This document shows, one piece after another, positions 10,994 through 21,841 of a stretch of 64,000 nucleotides of DNA (the stretch's first letter is position 1; each line of letters starts with the position of its first letter). The stretch comes from Synergistales bacterium (GTDB lineage: Bacteria > Synergistota > Synergistia > Synergistales > JAFGMB01), in the NCBI GenBank assembly GCA_963666205.1, contig OY762654.1, positions 1,216,001 to 1,280,000 of the forward strand, read 5' to 3'. The notes below the pieces were generated by a model, which saw nothing but the letters and a program-made list of their open reading frames with translations, had not been told where the DNA came from and did not search any database. The translations under genes and the position numbers were made by a program.

Positions 10994-11280
10994 CATTCTT
11001 TAAGGAATTGCAGTTCCGGACTTGTCATACTTGCAGTAAAACGGATAACTTCGTATTCCGCCACACCATTTTTTCTGAAGGGATCTTCATTCAGGATCCT
11101 TTCAAGTTCTTCCGGATCCTTCAGACCTGAAATAATCACTCCACCCGTCCGTGGTTCCTTCCTTCCCGAAAGAAGGAAACTGCCTGCTTCATACTGTTTT
11201 TTTAGATATTGCCGATGTTCATCCAGGAACCTGTCCACTTCCTCGACGGGCCTGATATATGTAAGGGATATTAAATACAC
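10993..11280 (-). CDS. YciI family protein
   Basis: H-R-x-Y-L, SGRKEPRTGGVI and DPF motifs; 95 aa. Confidence 0.85.
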   Translation of the reverse strand: MYLISLTYIRPVEEVDRFLDEHRQYLKKQYEAGSFLLSGRKEPRTGGVIISGLKDPEELERILNEDPFRKNGVAEYEVIRFTASMTSPELQFLKE

Positions 11281-11303
11281 TTAAAATCAACTCCCTCTTG
11301 TGT

Positions 11304-11825
11304 TTATCTGTAACTGTTTTTCTTTATCCTGGAAAAGTCAAGCTCGCTTTCAGGATGTCCGGGCTTCTCCTCAGCACCATAACCTATGGCGATTATTGAA
11401 ACCACCCTGAGGTTCCTGGGAATACCCATAAGTTCCTGGACATATTCCTCTGCAGTATGCTCTTCCGAATGGGGACGCTTGCTGATCTGGATCCAGCAGC
11501 TGCCAAGACCTATGGAATGGGCGGTACAGTGGGCAATGGTAGATGCTATGGAACAGTCCTCGATCCAGGTATCGCTTTTATTTTCATCACCAAGGACCAC
11601 TATTGCAAGAGGCGCTCCCTCCAGGAACCGGGCGCCTCCCGGTTTGGATGTGGAGAGTTTGCTGATGACCTCTCTGTCATCCACAAAGATGAACTCACAT
11701 GGCTGGGCGTTCTTTCCTGAAGGAGCCCTGAGTACGGCTTCCTTTAATAGTTCAACCTTTTCGAGCTCGATCTTTCTTTCCTGGTACTGTCTTATACTCC
11801 GTCTTTCTCTGAGAATATTTAACAT
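11304..11825 (-). CDS. Nitroreductase family protein
   Basis: RRSIR, APSGKNAQP, GLGSCW motifs. Confidence 0.9.
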   Translation of the reverse strand: MLNILRERRSIRQYQERKIELEKVELLKEAVLRAPSGKNAQPCEFIFVDDREVISKLSTSKPGGARFLEGAPLAIVVLGDENKSDTWIEDCSIASTIAHCTAHSIGLGSCWIQISKRPHSEEHTAEEYVQELMGIPRNLRVVSIIAIGYGAEEKPGHPESELDFSRIKKNSYR

Positions 11826-11953
11826 ATGGCACCTCCATACCTGAGTGATTTTCTAAATACCGTAATCATTAACGCACAATTGGTTAAAACATTAAAACTG
11901 GACTTTCACAACTACTGATCTCGGCTTCGATTATAGTAGTACCTTCTCTTAAG

Positions 11954-12200
11954 TTACATATCGAGTATTACCGTAGGGACAAATCCTGAACCCTTTATGA
12001 TCTGCTGAAGATAGCTGGAGATCTCTATGAGACGGAGTCCGTTATCGAGAAACTCCATGATCATAACACCGATAAAGGTACCCTCTGCTCCTCCAATCCC
12101 TCCGATAAGACTAGTTCTTCCCAATACTATTGATGGCTATCACATCAAGTTCCAGGCCTATCCCGATACTCGGTTGGGTACTCCAGAGCATCCCTGCCAT
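11954..12200 (-). pseudogene. rbsC: Ribose/sugar ABC permease (RbsC-like) C-terminal remnant
   Basis: QPSIGIGLELDVIA[frameshift]SIVLGRTSLIGGIGGAEGTFIGVMIMEFLDNGLRLIEISSYLQQIIKG, immediately downstream of rbsD. Confidence 0.75.
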
Positions 12201-12388
12201 GGGGAACCCGGCAAGATTCCTTGTTTCATCATTGTCATCAAGGATATAAATACAAATTCCGAAGGTGGTCCTCCGTCAGGATAACGGAATCATGAAAATG
12301 GATATCTGAGAAATAGAAGAAGGATCGATAGAACTGTCGAGATAGATATTCTGAAAAACAGTTTCCCGGGATTTTCATATCCTTAAAC

Positions 12389-12781
12389 CTAAAATGATGC
12401 TCCACATGTAATGATAATATTGGAAAAAGGTGTGAATTCTCCGGTTCGAATAACAAATCTCATCTCATGAAGCATTTCTTTGAGCTCCTCATGGGTAACA
12501 CTGGAACATTTAAATCCGCCGCAACATACCTGAAGTTTTTTTAGAAGATCCTTATCTCTGGATACTTCCATGGCCCAGGTCACTTCCGCTATGGCCAACT
12601 CTTTGATTACTACTTCAAGAACAGAAAAAAAGGGCGGGCAACCTGGGGCATAAGCCAGATCGATCCTGTTCACCTGCTGGGGAACAGGTAACCCCGCATC
12701 GGAGATACAGAAACGGTCGAGGTATCCCAGAGAAGCGATCATGTAATTCAACTCAGGATGCAGTATTCCTCCTTTTTTCAT
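12389..12781 (-). CDS. rbsD: D-ribose pyranase (RbsD/FucU family)
   Basis: MKKGGILHPEL, DAGLP, RIDLA, HEELK, IRTGEFTPFSNII. Confidence 0.9.
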   Translation of the reverse strand: MKKGGILHPELNYMIASLGYLDRFCISDAGLPVPQQVNRIDLAYAPGCPPFFSVLEVVIKELAIAEVTWAMEVSRDKDLLKKLQVCCGGFKCSSVTHEELKEMLHEMRFVIRTGEFTPFSNIIITCGASF

Positions 12782-13041
12782 TCTCTTTACTCCTTTCTTC
12801 ATATTGCATTTTTCAGTTTCGATCATGAAAACAATCAAGGAAAAAGGAAAATTGATAAAGGGAAGATTCAGGAAGAAATGGAAGGTAGAAGCAATTCTAG
12901 ATCAATGTCTTTCATAATATTACTTAGATATCATAATATCTTATTATAGAACAGAAATGGCGGGAAAAAATGGGGTGAGAGAATGAACCTTCCCGCCCCA
13001 TTTTTATGATAAATGGAAATATCCAGTTTATGAACCAGCGC

Positions 13042-14046
13042 TTATTGTACTGCCGGGAAACTACCTTTCCAGCTTTCCCAATCTGAAACAATATTATCTA
13101 CTATTGCTGACCCTACACGGAAACCGTTGGTCATTCCTATGGAAAAACCTCCAGATGAAGTGGAGAGGCTTTCTCTTACTGTCTGGCCCGGATGAGGCTG
13201 GTCAAAGTTGACCACATCTCTTATTACGAACATTCTGTCCAGCTTACCGAAAGCGTTCAGCACCAAGGCAAATGCACTGTCCTCCATCTGGGTCACCATG
13301 TATCTCCCCGCATCATAGGCACTGCAGACCTCATCAGCAGTCCTGGAACTTCCCCTGCCATGCCAGTAGGAATCTCCGGTTACAGAAACTCCCCTCTGGA
13401 CTGAAGGTTTGGACCGGGCCTCTGCATCATTGTAAAGGAGCCTGTAAAAAGCAGCCCTGGAGGAATCCGCCAGTTCAACCCCGGCAGCAAGTTCAGAAAC
13501 TCTTTCGATAAGCCCAGTATTGAGCTCGAAATAGCCCAAGTCTCTCATGCTGTCCATAACCATAAATGTTGATTCCCCACTCTTCCCATCGGACTCTTTC
13601 CAGCTGTGGCCAAGTTCATAGTCCACAACCGCATCACAAAGCACGACGGAACCCAGGGTGGTACGGGAAGGAGGTCCTCCCGCACAGCCGGAGACCATGA
13701 AATAGGTATTGCTGAGATCAAAACGGGGATCTGACAGGATCGCCGTCAGTGTTGCAGCAGCCCTTGCCTTCCCCATGCCCGTTACAGTTCCTGCGACTCC
13801 ATCAGAATTAATGTAGAAATTGTTGGGATTACCGGTAATTTCAAATGCCCTGGCTCCCTTAAAATATCTTTCATACCAGTGCTGAAATTCACCGGCAAAG
13901 TCTCCTGTATTCTCTCCAACCTCGAACATGGAAAGTACAAGCATTTTCACTTCGATCCCCTTTTCAGAAGCAGCAACACCGGCAGAGAGGAGAGAGAACA
14001 ACAGGATAAACACCAGGATAACTCTTAGTGAACGCAAATATTTCAA
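13042..14046 (-). CDS. Purine nucleoside permease (NUP)-like secreted protein, PNP/UDP phosphorylase-type fold
   Basis: Signal peptide; MFEVG..GEFQHW, TGMGK, DPRFDLS, GDSYWHG, QMED, NFDQP. Confidence 0.8.
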   Translation of the reverse strand: MKYLRSLRVILVFILLFSLLSAGVAASEKGIEVKMLVLSMFEVGENTGDFAGEFQHWYERYFKGARAFEITGNPNNFYINSDGVAGTVTGMGKARAAATLTAILSDPRFDLSNTYFMVSGCAGGPPSRTTLGSVVLCDAVVDYELGHSWKESDGKSGESTFMVMDSMRDLGYFELNTGLIERVSELAAGVELADSSRAAFYRLLYNDAEARSKPSVQRGVSVTGDSYWHGRGSSRTADEVCSAYDAGRYMVTQMEDSAFALVLNAFGKLDRMFVIRDVVNFDQPHPGQTVRESLSTSSGGFSIGMTNGFRVGSAIVDNIVSDWESWKGSFPAVQ

Positions 14047-14107
14047 AACAGAACCTCCCTCGGTTTTTAAAACGACAGAACCATCGTGAAGTGTTCATAT
14101 TTCTTTT

Positions 14108-14563
14108 TTAAATATTTTTTAAAACAGCTTCAGCAGTCATGATAACAACAAGATAACGCAAGGATTTGCCTATGGCCACCCAAAAGATAAAGATCCATAA
14201 CTCAAGATTGAAAACCCCTGCTACTACCGTCAGTGGATCTCCTACTACAGGCAGCCATGCAAGGGACAAAATGGGGGCTCCCCATTTCCTGTATATTTTT
14301 TCGGCCTTTTGCCTTTTCTCAAAGTTTACATTTATGTAACGCGATAATAAAAAAGTCGCTCCCAACTTACCAACATAGTAATTTGTAATGGAACCAAGGG
14401 TATTGCCGGTAGTTGCAACTGCAAAAATAACCCATGGATCATAGCCGGAAACCGCCATAAGGGCAACAAAAACTTCTGAACCAAGGGGAACTAGAGTTGC
14501 GGCAAAAAAACTCACCATAAAAAGTCCGAAATAACCGGATTGAAAAACCAGATCTTCTATCAT
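14108..14563 (-). CDS. YqaA/DedA (VTT domain) membrane protein
   Basis: SFFAATLVPLGSE, GNTLGS, WLPVVGDPL, GKSLRY. Confidence 0.88.
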   Translation of the reverse strand: MIEDLVFQSGYFGLFMVSFFAATLVPLGSEVFVALMAVSGYDPWVIFAVATTGNTLGSITNYYVGKLGATFLLSRYINVNFEKRQKAEKIYRKWGAPILSLAWLPVVGDPLTVVAGVFNLELWIFIFWVAIGKSLRYLVVIMTAEAVLKNI

Positions 14564-14652
14564 TTGCCGAGAAACCCCGTTTCTCTGTTTTATCTTCGGA
14601 TAATGAAAAGGTTATTCACCATGTTGACCTACAAGTGAACAGATTGGCCCAG

Positions 14653-16053
14653 TTATAACTGGGCCAATCTGGATAAGACCCTTCTGATAGCCTGGGCGGA
14701 GATCCTGATGTCCTCATCAGTAGTCGCCCAGTTGGAAACAGAAATTCGCATGGCATCCATGTCATTCCATCGGGAACCGCCAGCCCAGCATGTTCCCTCC
14801 TCCTGCACAAGGGATGTAACCTGCCTGGTAAAATACCCGTCATCCTTCCCTTCAGGATCAAGGAAACGAACAAGTACCTGGTTAAGGATGACTTCATTCA
14901 GAATCTCTACATTGGGATCTTCGGAAAGGAGGTAAGCCATTAACTTTGCCTGGCGGCAGTTACGTTCAACTATTTCCCTTACACCTTCCCTTCCAAGAGA
15001 GCGGATGGCTCCATAAAGGGCAAAACCCCTTGCCCTCCTGGATGATTCGGGAACCCATTGCGATGGATCCCTTACTTCCTCCGGAGCAGCTATATAGTAG
15101 GGAGCCTTAAGCGCCATGGAAGCTCTGTGGGCAGCCTCGTTGGCAACGATAGCAATACCTGAATCATAAGGCACATTCAGCCATTTGTGAGCGTCGGTTG
15201 CCCAGGAATCCGCAAGTTCAATACCTGCTGACTCTTTCCTGAGAGAAGGGGTCAATCTTGCCCAGAGCCCAAAGGCACCGTCAACATGGACCCAGGCACC
15301 GGATCTATGGGCGATCGGGATTATCTCTTCGCAGGGATCGAAGGCACCTGTATTGACATTACCTGCCTGGGCATTCACTATTATGGGCCCCCGGCATGAA
15401 GTCAGTATCTTCTCCAGTTCCGAAGTGATCATTCGCCCCTGGGCATCAACAGGGACATACCTGATATTGTCTGTTCCAAAACCGAGCATTTTCAGCGCAT
15501 TGATGAGAGTTGCATGAGCCTCTGCTCCGGCAACAATATTGACCTCGGGAGCTCCATAAAGACCCTGCTTTTCCACATCCCACCCACTTGAACGGAGCAC
15601 CTCGTGCCTGGCAGCGGCGAGACAGGTGAAGTTAGCCATCTGACATCCGGTAACAAAACCCATGGAAGCAGTTGGAGGGAGATCCAGAAGATCCAGTATC
15701 CATCCAGAAACTATCTCTTCCACGACACCTGATGCCGGTGAAGAAATCGAAAGGACTCCATTCTGGTCCCACACCGATGTCAGCCAGTCGGCGGCCAGGC
15801 TTGCTGGTACAGCTCCTCCTGTAACAAAACCAAAATATCTTGGACCGGGACTGGCCACAAGCCCCCCGTCCACTTTGGCTGACATGTCCCGGATCACTTC
15901 CAAGGGATCCTCACTCTTTTCCGGGAGGTCCATAACAAGATCCTTCCTCAGTTCCTTAACGCTCTTTACAGCACCCACATGCCTCGATTCGATCCCATCA
16001 AAATAATCAACTGCTAACTTGAAAGTCTCTTCCAGCATTTTGTTATCGATCAT
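14653..16053 (-). CDS. Group II PLP-dependent amino acid decarboxylase
   Basis: PRYFGFV, WVHVDGAFG, DSWATDAHKWLNVPY (PLP lysine). Confidence 0.9.
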   Translation of the reverse strand: MIDNKMLEETFKLAVDYFDGIESRHVGAVKSVKELRKDLVMDLPEKSEDPLEVIRDMSAKVDGGLVASPGPRYFGFVTGGAVPASLAADWLTSVWDQNGVLSISSPASGVVEEIVSGWILDLLDLPPTASMGFVTGCQMANFTCLAAARHEVLRSSGWDVEKQGLYGAPEVNIVAGAEAHATLINALKMLGFGTDNIRYVPVDAQGRMITSELEKILTSCRGPIIVNAQAGNVNTGAFDPCEEIIPIAHRSGAWVHVDGAFGLWARLTPSLRKESAGIELADSWATDAHKWLNVPYDSGIAIVANEAAHRASMALKAPYYIAAPEEVRDPSQWVPESSRRARGFALYGAIRSLGREGVREIVERNCRQAKLMAYLLSEDPNVEILNEVILNQVLVRFLDPEGKDDGYFTRQVTSLVQEEGTCWAGGSRWNDMDAMRISVSNWATTDEDIRISAQAIRRVLSRLAQL

Positions 16054-16450
16054 AGGGAACCTCCCCGGCTATTTCCTTTTTGAAAGTATGTTCATCTCTA
16101 TTCTAAATATATAGTTGATTTCAGTTATTACAATAGGAATATTATCAGGTATTTGATAGGGTCTGGCCTATGGAATAAGGTCTATCCCTTCCTTTTGATG
16201 ATCAGATCATGGAGAATATATTCACTCCGGGAAAAAAGACTGGTACCAGTTCTTTCCTGCCTTTCAGGATATATCCCTTAAAACCTGCCATTATGGCAGG
16301 AAAAGGAAATATTGAAGTGACTGTAGGGACCTTTACGATCAGAGGTTCATGATGGGCATGGCTGCCAGCGGAGCCGGCAACCATGCTGGGATCTCATTTC
16401 GGGAAAAAGGCTGTTTAATATAGCAGGCATTGCGGTCATAAAAGGATAAG

Positions 16451-17704
16451 CTAGAAGGAGTCATCCCTTTTCTGACCATCAACAGCAATTATGGTTCCAA
16501 GTAAGACATCCACTGCCAGAGCCAGGTCTGCGGATTCGGAAAACTCCTCCGGGCAATGGCTCCGACCTCCCCTGCTGGGAACGAAAAGCATGGCCGTGGG
16601 GAAATATTTCGCCATTATCATGGAATCATGGCCGGCACCACTGCTTATATGAATGACCCTGTCTGTAAAACTCTGAGCCGTCTTCTCAAGGATCTTTCTC
16701 AATTCGGGATCAAGTTCTATGGGAGGGACGAAATGACTCGTGGATATATTCACCCGGGTTCCGTTCCTGTCGGAGATCTCCTTCAGGACCTCTTTTGCAT
16801 GGGGGATAAGCTTGTCCATGGTCTCCCTGTCCGAGGATCTGAGATCCATGGTGAACCAGGTACGGTCAGGGACCTTATTTGATGATCCATTGGGGATCTC
16901 AAGCCGCCCCACAGTTGCCACTGTATGAGGTAAACTCCTGGCATATCGGTACATCTCCACAGCAGCATGAGCTGCCACTTCGAAGGCATCGGAGCGAAGA
17001 TTCATAGGGGTGCTCCCGGCATGATCAGCCCGACCCTCAACGGATACCTCTATGGTGGAAGTTCCGGCTATAGCCGATACCACACCAAGCCTGCAGCCTT
17101 TCGATTCAAGTACCGGACCCTGCTCGATATGCACTTCAAAAAAAGCACGGATATTTCTTGCCCAGTCAGCATCAGGGAATGGAATGTCAGAAAAGCTGTG
17201 GCGGAACTCTTCTACCATTTCCCGTGCATTCCTTACGTTCTCATATTTCAGGGGAATAAGATCATCTTCGCTTGCCTCTCCGTTAAACCATCGACTGCCC
17301 AGGAACCCTGACTGAAGTGCAGTTCCTTCTTCTTCCACAAAGGCCATTATCTGAATGGGATGATGCAGTTCCATATTCTGTTCTTTCAGCAACCTCACAA
17401 CTTCAAGTCCCGCTATCACTCCGGCTGCTCCGTCATATTTCCCGCCATTTCTTACAGTATCCAGGTGAGAACCTATACAGACAGCAGGGAGATCAGGCGT
17501 CAGACCTTCCATGCGCCCCACCAGATTGCCCACCCGGTCCATATAGACCTGCATTCCAAGACCTTTCATTATTTCCATTACGGTTCTGTTCACATCTCTG
17601 AATTCACTTGAAAAACTGGGTCTGGTAATGCCCTGTCCGGGAGTGGAATTATGCCTGGAAAGTTCATTAAGAAGCTCGTCAATACGCTGGGTATTTGCTT
17701 TCAC
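16451..17704 (-). CDS. Zn-dependent M20 hydrolase, N-carbamoyl-amino-acid/allantoate amidohydrolase type
   Basis: GSHLDTV, GGKYDG, EEEG, EVHIEQGP, HAGSTPM, SGAGHD, SHCPEE. Confidence 0.9.
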   Translation of the reverse strand: MKANTQRIDELLNELSRHNSTPGQGITRPSFSSEFRDVNRTVMEIMKGLGMQVYMDRVGNLVGRMEGLTPDLPAVCIGSHLDTVRNGGKYDGAAGVIAGLEVVRLLKEQNMELHHPIQIMAFVEEEGTALQSGFLGSRWFNGEASEDDLIPLKYENVRNAREMVEEFRHSFSDIPFPDADWARNIRAFFEVHIEQGPVLESKGCRLGVVSAIAGTSTIEVSVEGRADHAGSTPMNLRSDAFEVAAHAAVEMYRYARSLPHTVATVGRLEIPNGSSNKVPDRTWFTMDLRSSDRETMDKLIPHAKEVLKEISDRNGTRVNISTSHFVPPIELDPELRKILEKTAQSFTDRVIHISSGAGHDSMIMAKYFPTAMLFVPSRGGRSHCPEEFSESADLALAVDVLLGTIIAVDGQKRDDSF

Positions 17705-17877
17705 TCTGCAACCTCCGACTTATTAGTGTACATAACACAAAAACATAATTCATTACATCCTTCAGTATCTCTCCGTAAAGATTCTCCCCTATTTGACTGA
17801 ATATATGCAAACCTTATTTGTCTCAGTATATCCATGTTAACAATCGGTTATTCAAGAATATATATGTATTTCATGGA

Positions 17878-19035
17878 TCAATAGTTTTCCATCACATATC
17901 TTTTAAATCGATGAATCCCTTCTGTAAGGTCCTCATCGGAGGCCGCAAAGCTCAATCTTAAATAACCTTCTCCATTATCACCGAAATAAGATCCGGGAAC
18001 TGTAGCGACCTTACCCTTTTTAAGAAGGTCAACGGCAAATTCTTCTGAACTTTTTCCAAAAGACCTGATATTCGGGAAAGCATAAAAGGCCCCCGCTGTA
18101 GGATAGCAGCTTACCCCCGGGATATCATTAAGGCCGTCTATAACGATGGTCCTTCGCCTGGAATAGATATTCAGCATCTCTTTCACACAATCCTGCGGTC
18201 CTTCAAGAGCTGCAATTGCGGCCTTTTGAGGAAAGGTCGGGGCGCAGGATATCAATGACTCCTGTAGATAGATGGACTGTTCTATATATTCGGACGGAGC
18301 TACTATATATCCAAGTCTCCAGCCGGTCATTGCATAGGTTTTGGAAAAACCATTATGGATTATGACCCGTTCTTTCATGCCAGGTATCTGTGCAATACTG
18401 CAGTAGGTTCGGCCATCATAGATAATGCTGTCGTAAACTTCGTCGGAAATAACGGTAAGGTCATGCTTTTTCACCACTTGAGCTATCTTGAGAAGATCAT
18501 CCTCTTCCAGAAGGGCTCCGGTCGGGTTATTCGGGGAATTTATCAGCAATGCCCTGGTTTTGGGCGTCACCGCTCTCTCGATATCTTCTGCCTGAAGACG
18601 GAAACCGTTTTCCTCTGTTACGGGAACTGTGACCACTTTTGCTCCTGCAAGATGAAACTGCCCCAGGTAGTTGGGATAGTAGGGATCTGGAATAATGACT
18701 TCATCTCCGGGATTCAGAATTCCTACAAATGAGTGAAACAGGCCCTGAGTGGTACCGGTCGTGATAATCACATTTTCAGGACCGTAATCAATACTCATTT
18801 CATTTTTATACCTTTTCGCAACAGCTTCCCGAAGTTCCCACAGGCCTCCGCTGGGAGCATAGTGGGTAAACCCGGCCCTTAAGGCTTGTACACCAGCCTC
18901 TATAATATGGGATGGAGTTTCCAGATCCGGTTCTCCTATACAGAGGCTTATGACATTATCCATGGACAATGCCAGAGCCGACATTTTGCGTATCCCTGAG
19001 CGGGGAAAGTCCGACACTCTTTGAGAATTTTTCAT
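17878..19035 (-). CDS. Class I/II PLP aminotransferase
   Basis: NSPNNPTG, SDEVY, GFSKTYAMTGWRLG. Confidence 0.92.
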   Translation of the reverse strand: MKNSQRVSDFPRSGIRKMSALALSMDNVISLCIGEPDLETPSHIIEAGVQALRAGFTHYAPSGGLWELREAVAKRYKNEMSIDYGPENVIITTGTTQGLFHSFVGILNPGDEVIIPDPYYPNYLGQFHLAGAKVVTVPVTEENGFRLQAEDIERAVTPKTRALLINSPNNPTGALLEEDDLLKIAQVVKKHDLTVISDEVYDSIIYDGRTYCSIAQIPGMKERVIIHNGFSKTYAMTGWRLGYIVAPSEYIEQSIYLQESLISCAPTFPQKAAIAALEGPQDCVKEMLNIYSRRRTIVIDGLNDIPGVSCYPTAGAFYAFPNIRSFGKSSEEFAVDLLKKGKVATVPGSYFGDNGEGYLRLSFAASDEDLTEGIHRFKRYVMENY

Positions 19036-19185
19036 AACAGATTACCTCCCCGGTAAAACCAGATTTCAAATTGATAGATACTGTTTTGAAGTATTAAGAT
19101 AATAAGAGGGATGATGAATAATCTCTTACAACAAAGCATGAACGGCCGTGAATAATAGAGATCATGAATATAAACCACTTAAACT

Positions 19186-19202
19186 GTTTTACTATGTAAA
19201 AC
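19186..19202. promoter_or_regulatory. Palindromic operator candidate
   Basis: GTTTTACTATGTAAAAC; its 15-bp core matches 20662-20676 in reverse complement. Confidence 0.55.
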
Positions 19203-19327
19203 TTTATTTTATTTTTAGCCACAAACCATACTATCATAATCCATTTTTTAGTCAATCAGTTCCTTCTATTGTCAGTTTATCAACAAATCAGCCACCCTAT
19301 TTGATGAAGTGTTCAGGATAAGAGATT

Positions 19328-20524
19328 TTATAATCCCGGGTTAAGCATTTTGACTGCAAATCCGGCCAGCATAGATGTTCCTGTAACAAAAACATCTTCA
19401 TCCACATTGAACTTTGACGAATGATGGGGGAAATCACTACCTTTTTCACTATTTCCAGTTCCCAGGAGGAAAAAGACACCCGGGATCTTCAACTGATAAT
19501 AGCTGAAATCTTCCGACCCCATTACTGGAGCTATTTCTTCCATGTTTTCTCTACCGATCAGCTCCTCTCCAACTTCTTTGATCATGATAAATAATCTACT
19601 GTCATTAATAGTGGAAGGTACATATTTTGTATATTTAAAATCTGCTTCACAGCGGAAGGTATGACTTACACCCTCGACGATCCGCCGTAAAGACTTTTCC
19701 ACATGGTCCTGAACTTCCCTGGTAAAGGTCCTGGCTGTCCCCTCAAGTCTTACTTTTTCCGGAATGATATTGAAGGCGCTTCCGGCCAGCATACTTCCGG
19801 TGCTTACAACAGCAGTATTTTGAGGATCTATTTCACGGCTTACTATAGTCTGAATGGATGAGATTACCTGTGCTGCGGCTATGGTAGGATCAAAAGTTTC
19901 ATGAGGAGCAGAACCATGGCCTCCCTTTCCCCGGATCACTGCCTCCCAGGCATCGCATGCTGCCATCATGGGACCTGAACAGCATCCGACCTTACCTGCA
20001 GCGATAGGTGACCATATATGGAGTCCGCAAATGGCCTCAACATCTTCAAGAACACCTTCTCTTACCATCTGGTCCGCCCCGCAGATTTTCAGAGCTGTCT
20101 CTTCACATGGCTGGAATATAAGACGTACCTTTCCGCAGAGATGTTCTTTCATCTCCACGAGGATCATAGCTGCACCCAGAAGCATGGCCATATGAGAATC
20201 ATGTCCACATGCATGCATTATGCCTTCATTTTGCGATGAAAAAGGCAGGCCGGTATCTTCTTTTATGGGAAGGGCATCCATATCAGCCCTCAGAGCTACA
20301 CATTTTCCAGGTCTGGATCCGGTTATTTCTGCAGTAACACCACAACTTGTTCCTCCAAATCCTATCCTGATATTTTCACATCCCATTTCCTTCAGTATCT
20401 TGGCGATCCTTTCAGAAGTCTGCACCTCTTCCCAGGATACCTCCGGGTACATATGGAAATACCGTCTGAATTCAACCACTTTCTGATGATTTGCCTTCGC
20501 AAGTTCCATTATCTTGTGCAACAT
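19328..20524 (-). CDS. M20D amidohydrolase
   Basis: RADMDALP, MHACGHD, FQPCEE, GKGGHGS, GSEDF, PHHS. Confidence 0.92.
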   Translation of the reverse strand: MLHKIMELAKANHQKVVEFRRYFHMYPEVSWEEVQTSERIAKILKEMGCENIRIGFGGTSCGVTAEITGSRPGKCVALRADMDALPIKEDTGLPFSSQNEGIMHACGHDSHMAMLLGAAMILVEMKEHLCGKVRLIFQPCEETALKICGADQMVREGVLEDVEAICGLHIWSPIAAGKVGCCSGPMMAACDAWEAVIRGKGGHGSAPHETFDPTIAAAQVISSIQTIVSREIDPQNTAVVSTGSMLAGSAFNIIPEKVRLEGTARTFTREVQDHVEKSLRRIVEGVSHTFRCEADFKYTKYVPSTINDSRLFIMIKEVGEELIGRENMEEIAPVMGSEDFSYYQLKIPGVFFLLGTGNSEKGSDFPHHSSKFNVDEDVFVTGTSMLAGFAVKMLNPGL

Positions 20525-20609
20525 TGTGAATCTCCTCCCTGGACTGGACAGTCTTTATGAACATTTCAGCGTTTTAAGAACGAGTGTTTCAAGAAAAAGA
20601 ATAATTCTA

Positions 20610-20676
20610 TTGACAAGACTAATTTGTATGTTACCATAATTTCATAAATAGTAAAATCGGTTTTTACATAGTAAAA
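20610..20676 (+). promoter_or_regulatory. Promoter plus palindromic operator upstream of the U32-like gene
   Basis: TTGACA at 20610, TGnTACCAT at 20629-20637, TTTTACATAGTAAAA at 20662-20676. Confidence 0.55.
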
Positions 20677-20774
20677 TAGTAAAAGAAATTACACTTCCCC
20701 ATAACAACTGTTTATGGTTAAAAGAATCCGTTCCGCAGGATTTTGAGATCAAATTTATCAGGAGGTATTTAGAA

Positions 20775-21713
20775 ATGAAACTCGACAGAATTTCTGAACT
20801 GATGGAAAAAGCAGGTATTCCCGGAAGAGATCTTTATGATCGTCCGGAAAGTGGAAAATCATTCCCCGACGGATGTCATTACAGGATCGAGATGTCAGGG
20901 GTAGAAGGACCTAAAGTCCTGGAAGCACTTATCGATGAGCGTCATAAAAGGAACGTTCCCGTCCATCGACTGATCTCTTTCTGCCAGGGTGGCACCCTTT
21001 TTGACAAGGCCGAGCTCAAGGACTTCGCGCAGATGGCAGCAGAGGATAAAATGGAAGTCATCGCTGTTCCAGGACCAAGAAATGCCTGGGATACGGGACG
21101 CCAGTTCATTACAGCCGATGGTCAGAGATGCGGAGGATTGAACCACCGTGGATCCGATGAAGTCCGCAAAGTTCTAGCAGACATGCTCGAAATGTATGAA
21201 ATGGGTTTCCGGGGTTTTATGCTCGTTGACTGGGGAGTAATGGCCATGGTCAAACAGCTTCAGGAAATGGGAGATTTTCCAAAGGATATCGCTATCAAGC
21301 TGTCGGTATGGGCTGGAGTAAGTTCTGCCTGCGGAGCAAAGCTGGCACAGGATATCGGAGTAAGCTCCTTCAACCCCGTTTCAGATCTTTCTCTACCACA
21401 GATGGCTTCTATTCGTAAGGTAGTTGACATCCCCATCGACTTCTACATCTGGACCTTTGATTCCTACGGCGGTGCAAACCGGATATTTGATGCACCTGAA
21501 GTAGCCCAGATCTATGCTCCATGCTACTTGAAGTTTGAACCGGCACCCACCGCTAATTATTATTCTCCCTTTGTGGCTGATGAAAATCATATGGACCTGA
21601 TGAGGAAAAAGATCAAATGGGCAGAATGGGTGATAAATAACGTAAAAGAAAATGCCCCGGAAATGAAGGTTTCTCCCCAGGGAGCGTCAGACCTCTTCAT
21701 ACCAAAGGTTTAG
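20775..21713 (+). CDS. Peptidase U32-like TIM-barrel protein of unknown function
   Basis: GGAGG RBS; GFRGFMLVDWG, IKLSVWAG, SFNPVSDLSL pattern resembles U32-family barrels. Confidence 0.55.
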   Translation: MKLDRISELMEKAGIPGRDLYDRPESGKSFPDGCHYRIEMSGVEGPKVLEALIDERHKRNVPVHRLISFCQGGTLFDKAELKDFAQMAAEDKMEVIAVPGPRNAWDTGRQFITADGQRCGGLNHRGSDEVRKVLADMLEMYEMGFRGFMLVDWGVMAMVKQLQEMGDFPKDIAIKLSVWAGVSSACGAKLAQDIGVSSFNPVSDLSLPQMASIRKVVDIPIDFYIWTFDSYGGANRIFDAPEVAQIYAPCYLKFEPAPTANYYSPFVADENHMDLMRKKIKWAEWVINNVKENAPEMKVSPQGASDLFIPKV

Positions 21714-21841
21714 GCATTTCTTACAGGACAGATCGTGACTTTCAGCCCCCCCTGATGTCACGGCAATAACATACAGTCAGAGAGAATAAACAGTTCCAGG
21801 GGGGCATATCTGTGCCCCCCTGACCCCCCGGAGGATTTCCA

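Noticed and set aside
12027-12284. 85-aa + strand ORF
   Set aside because: Antisense of the rbsC remnant
16202-16384. 60-aa intergenic ORF
   Set aside because: No clear RBS or recognisable motif
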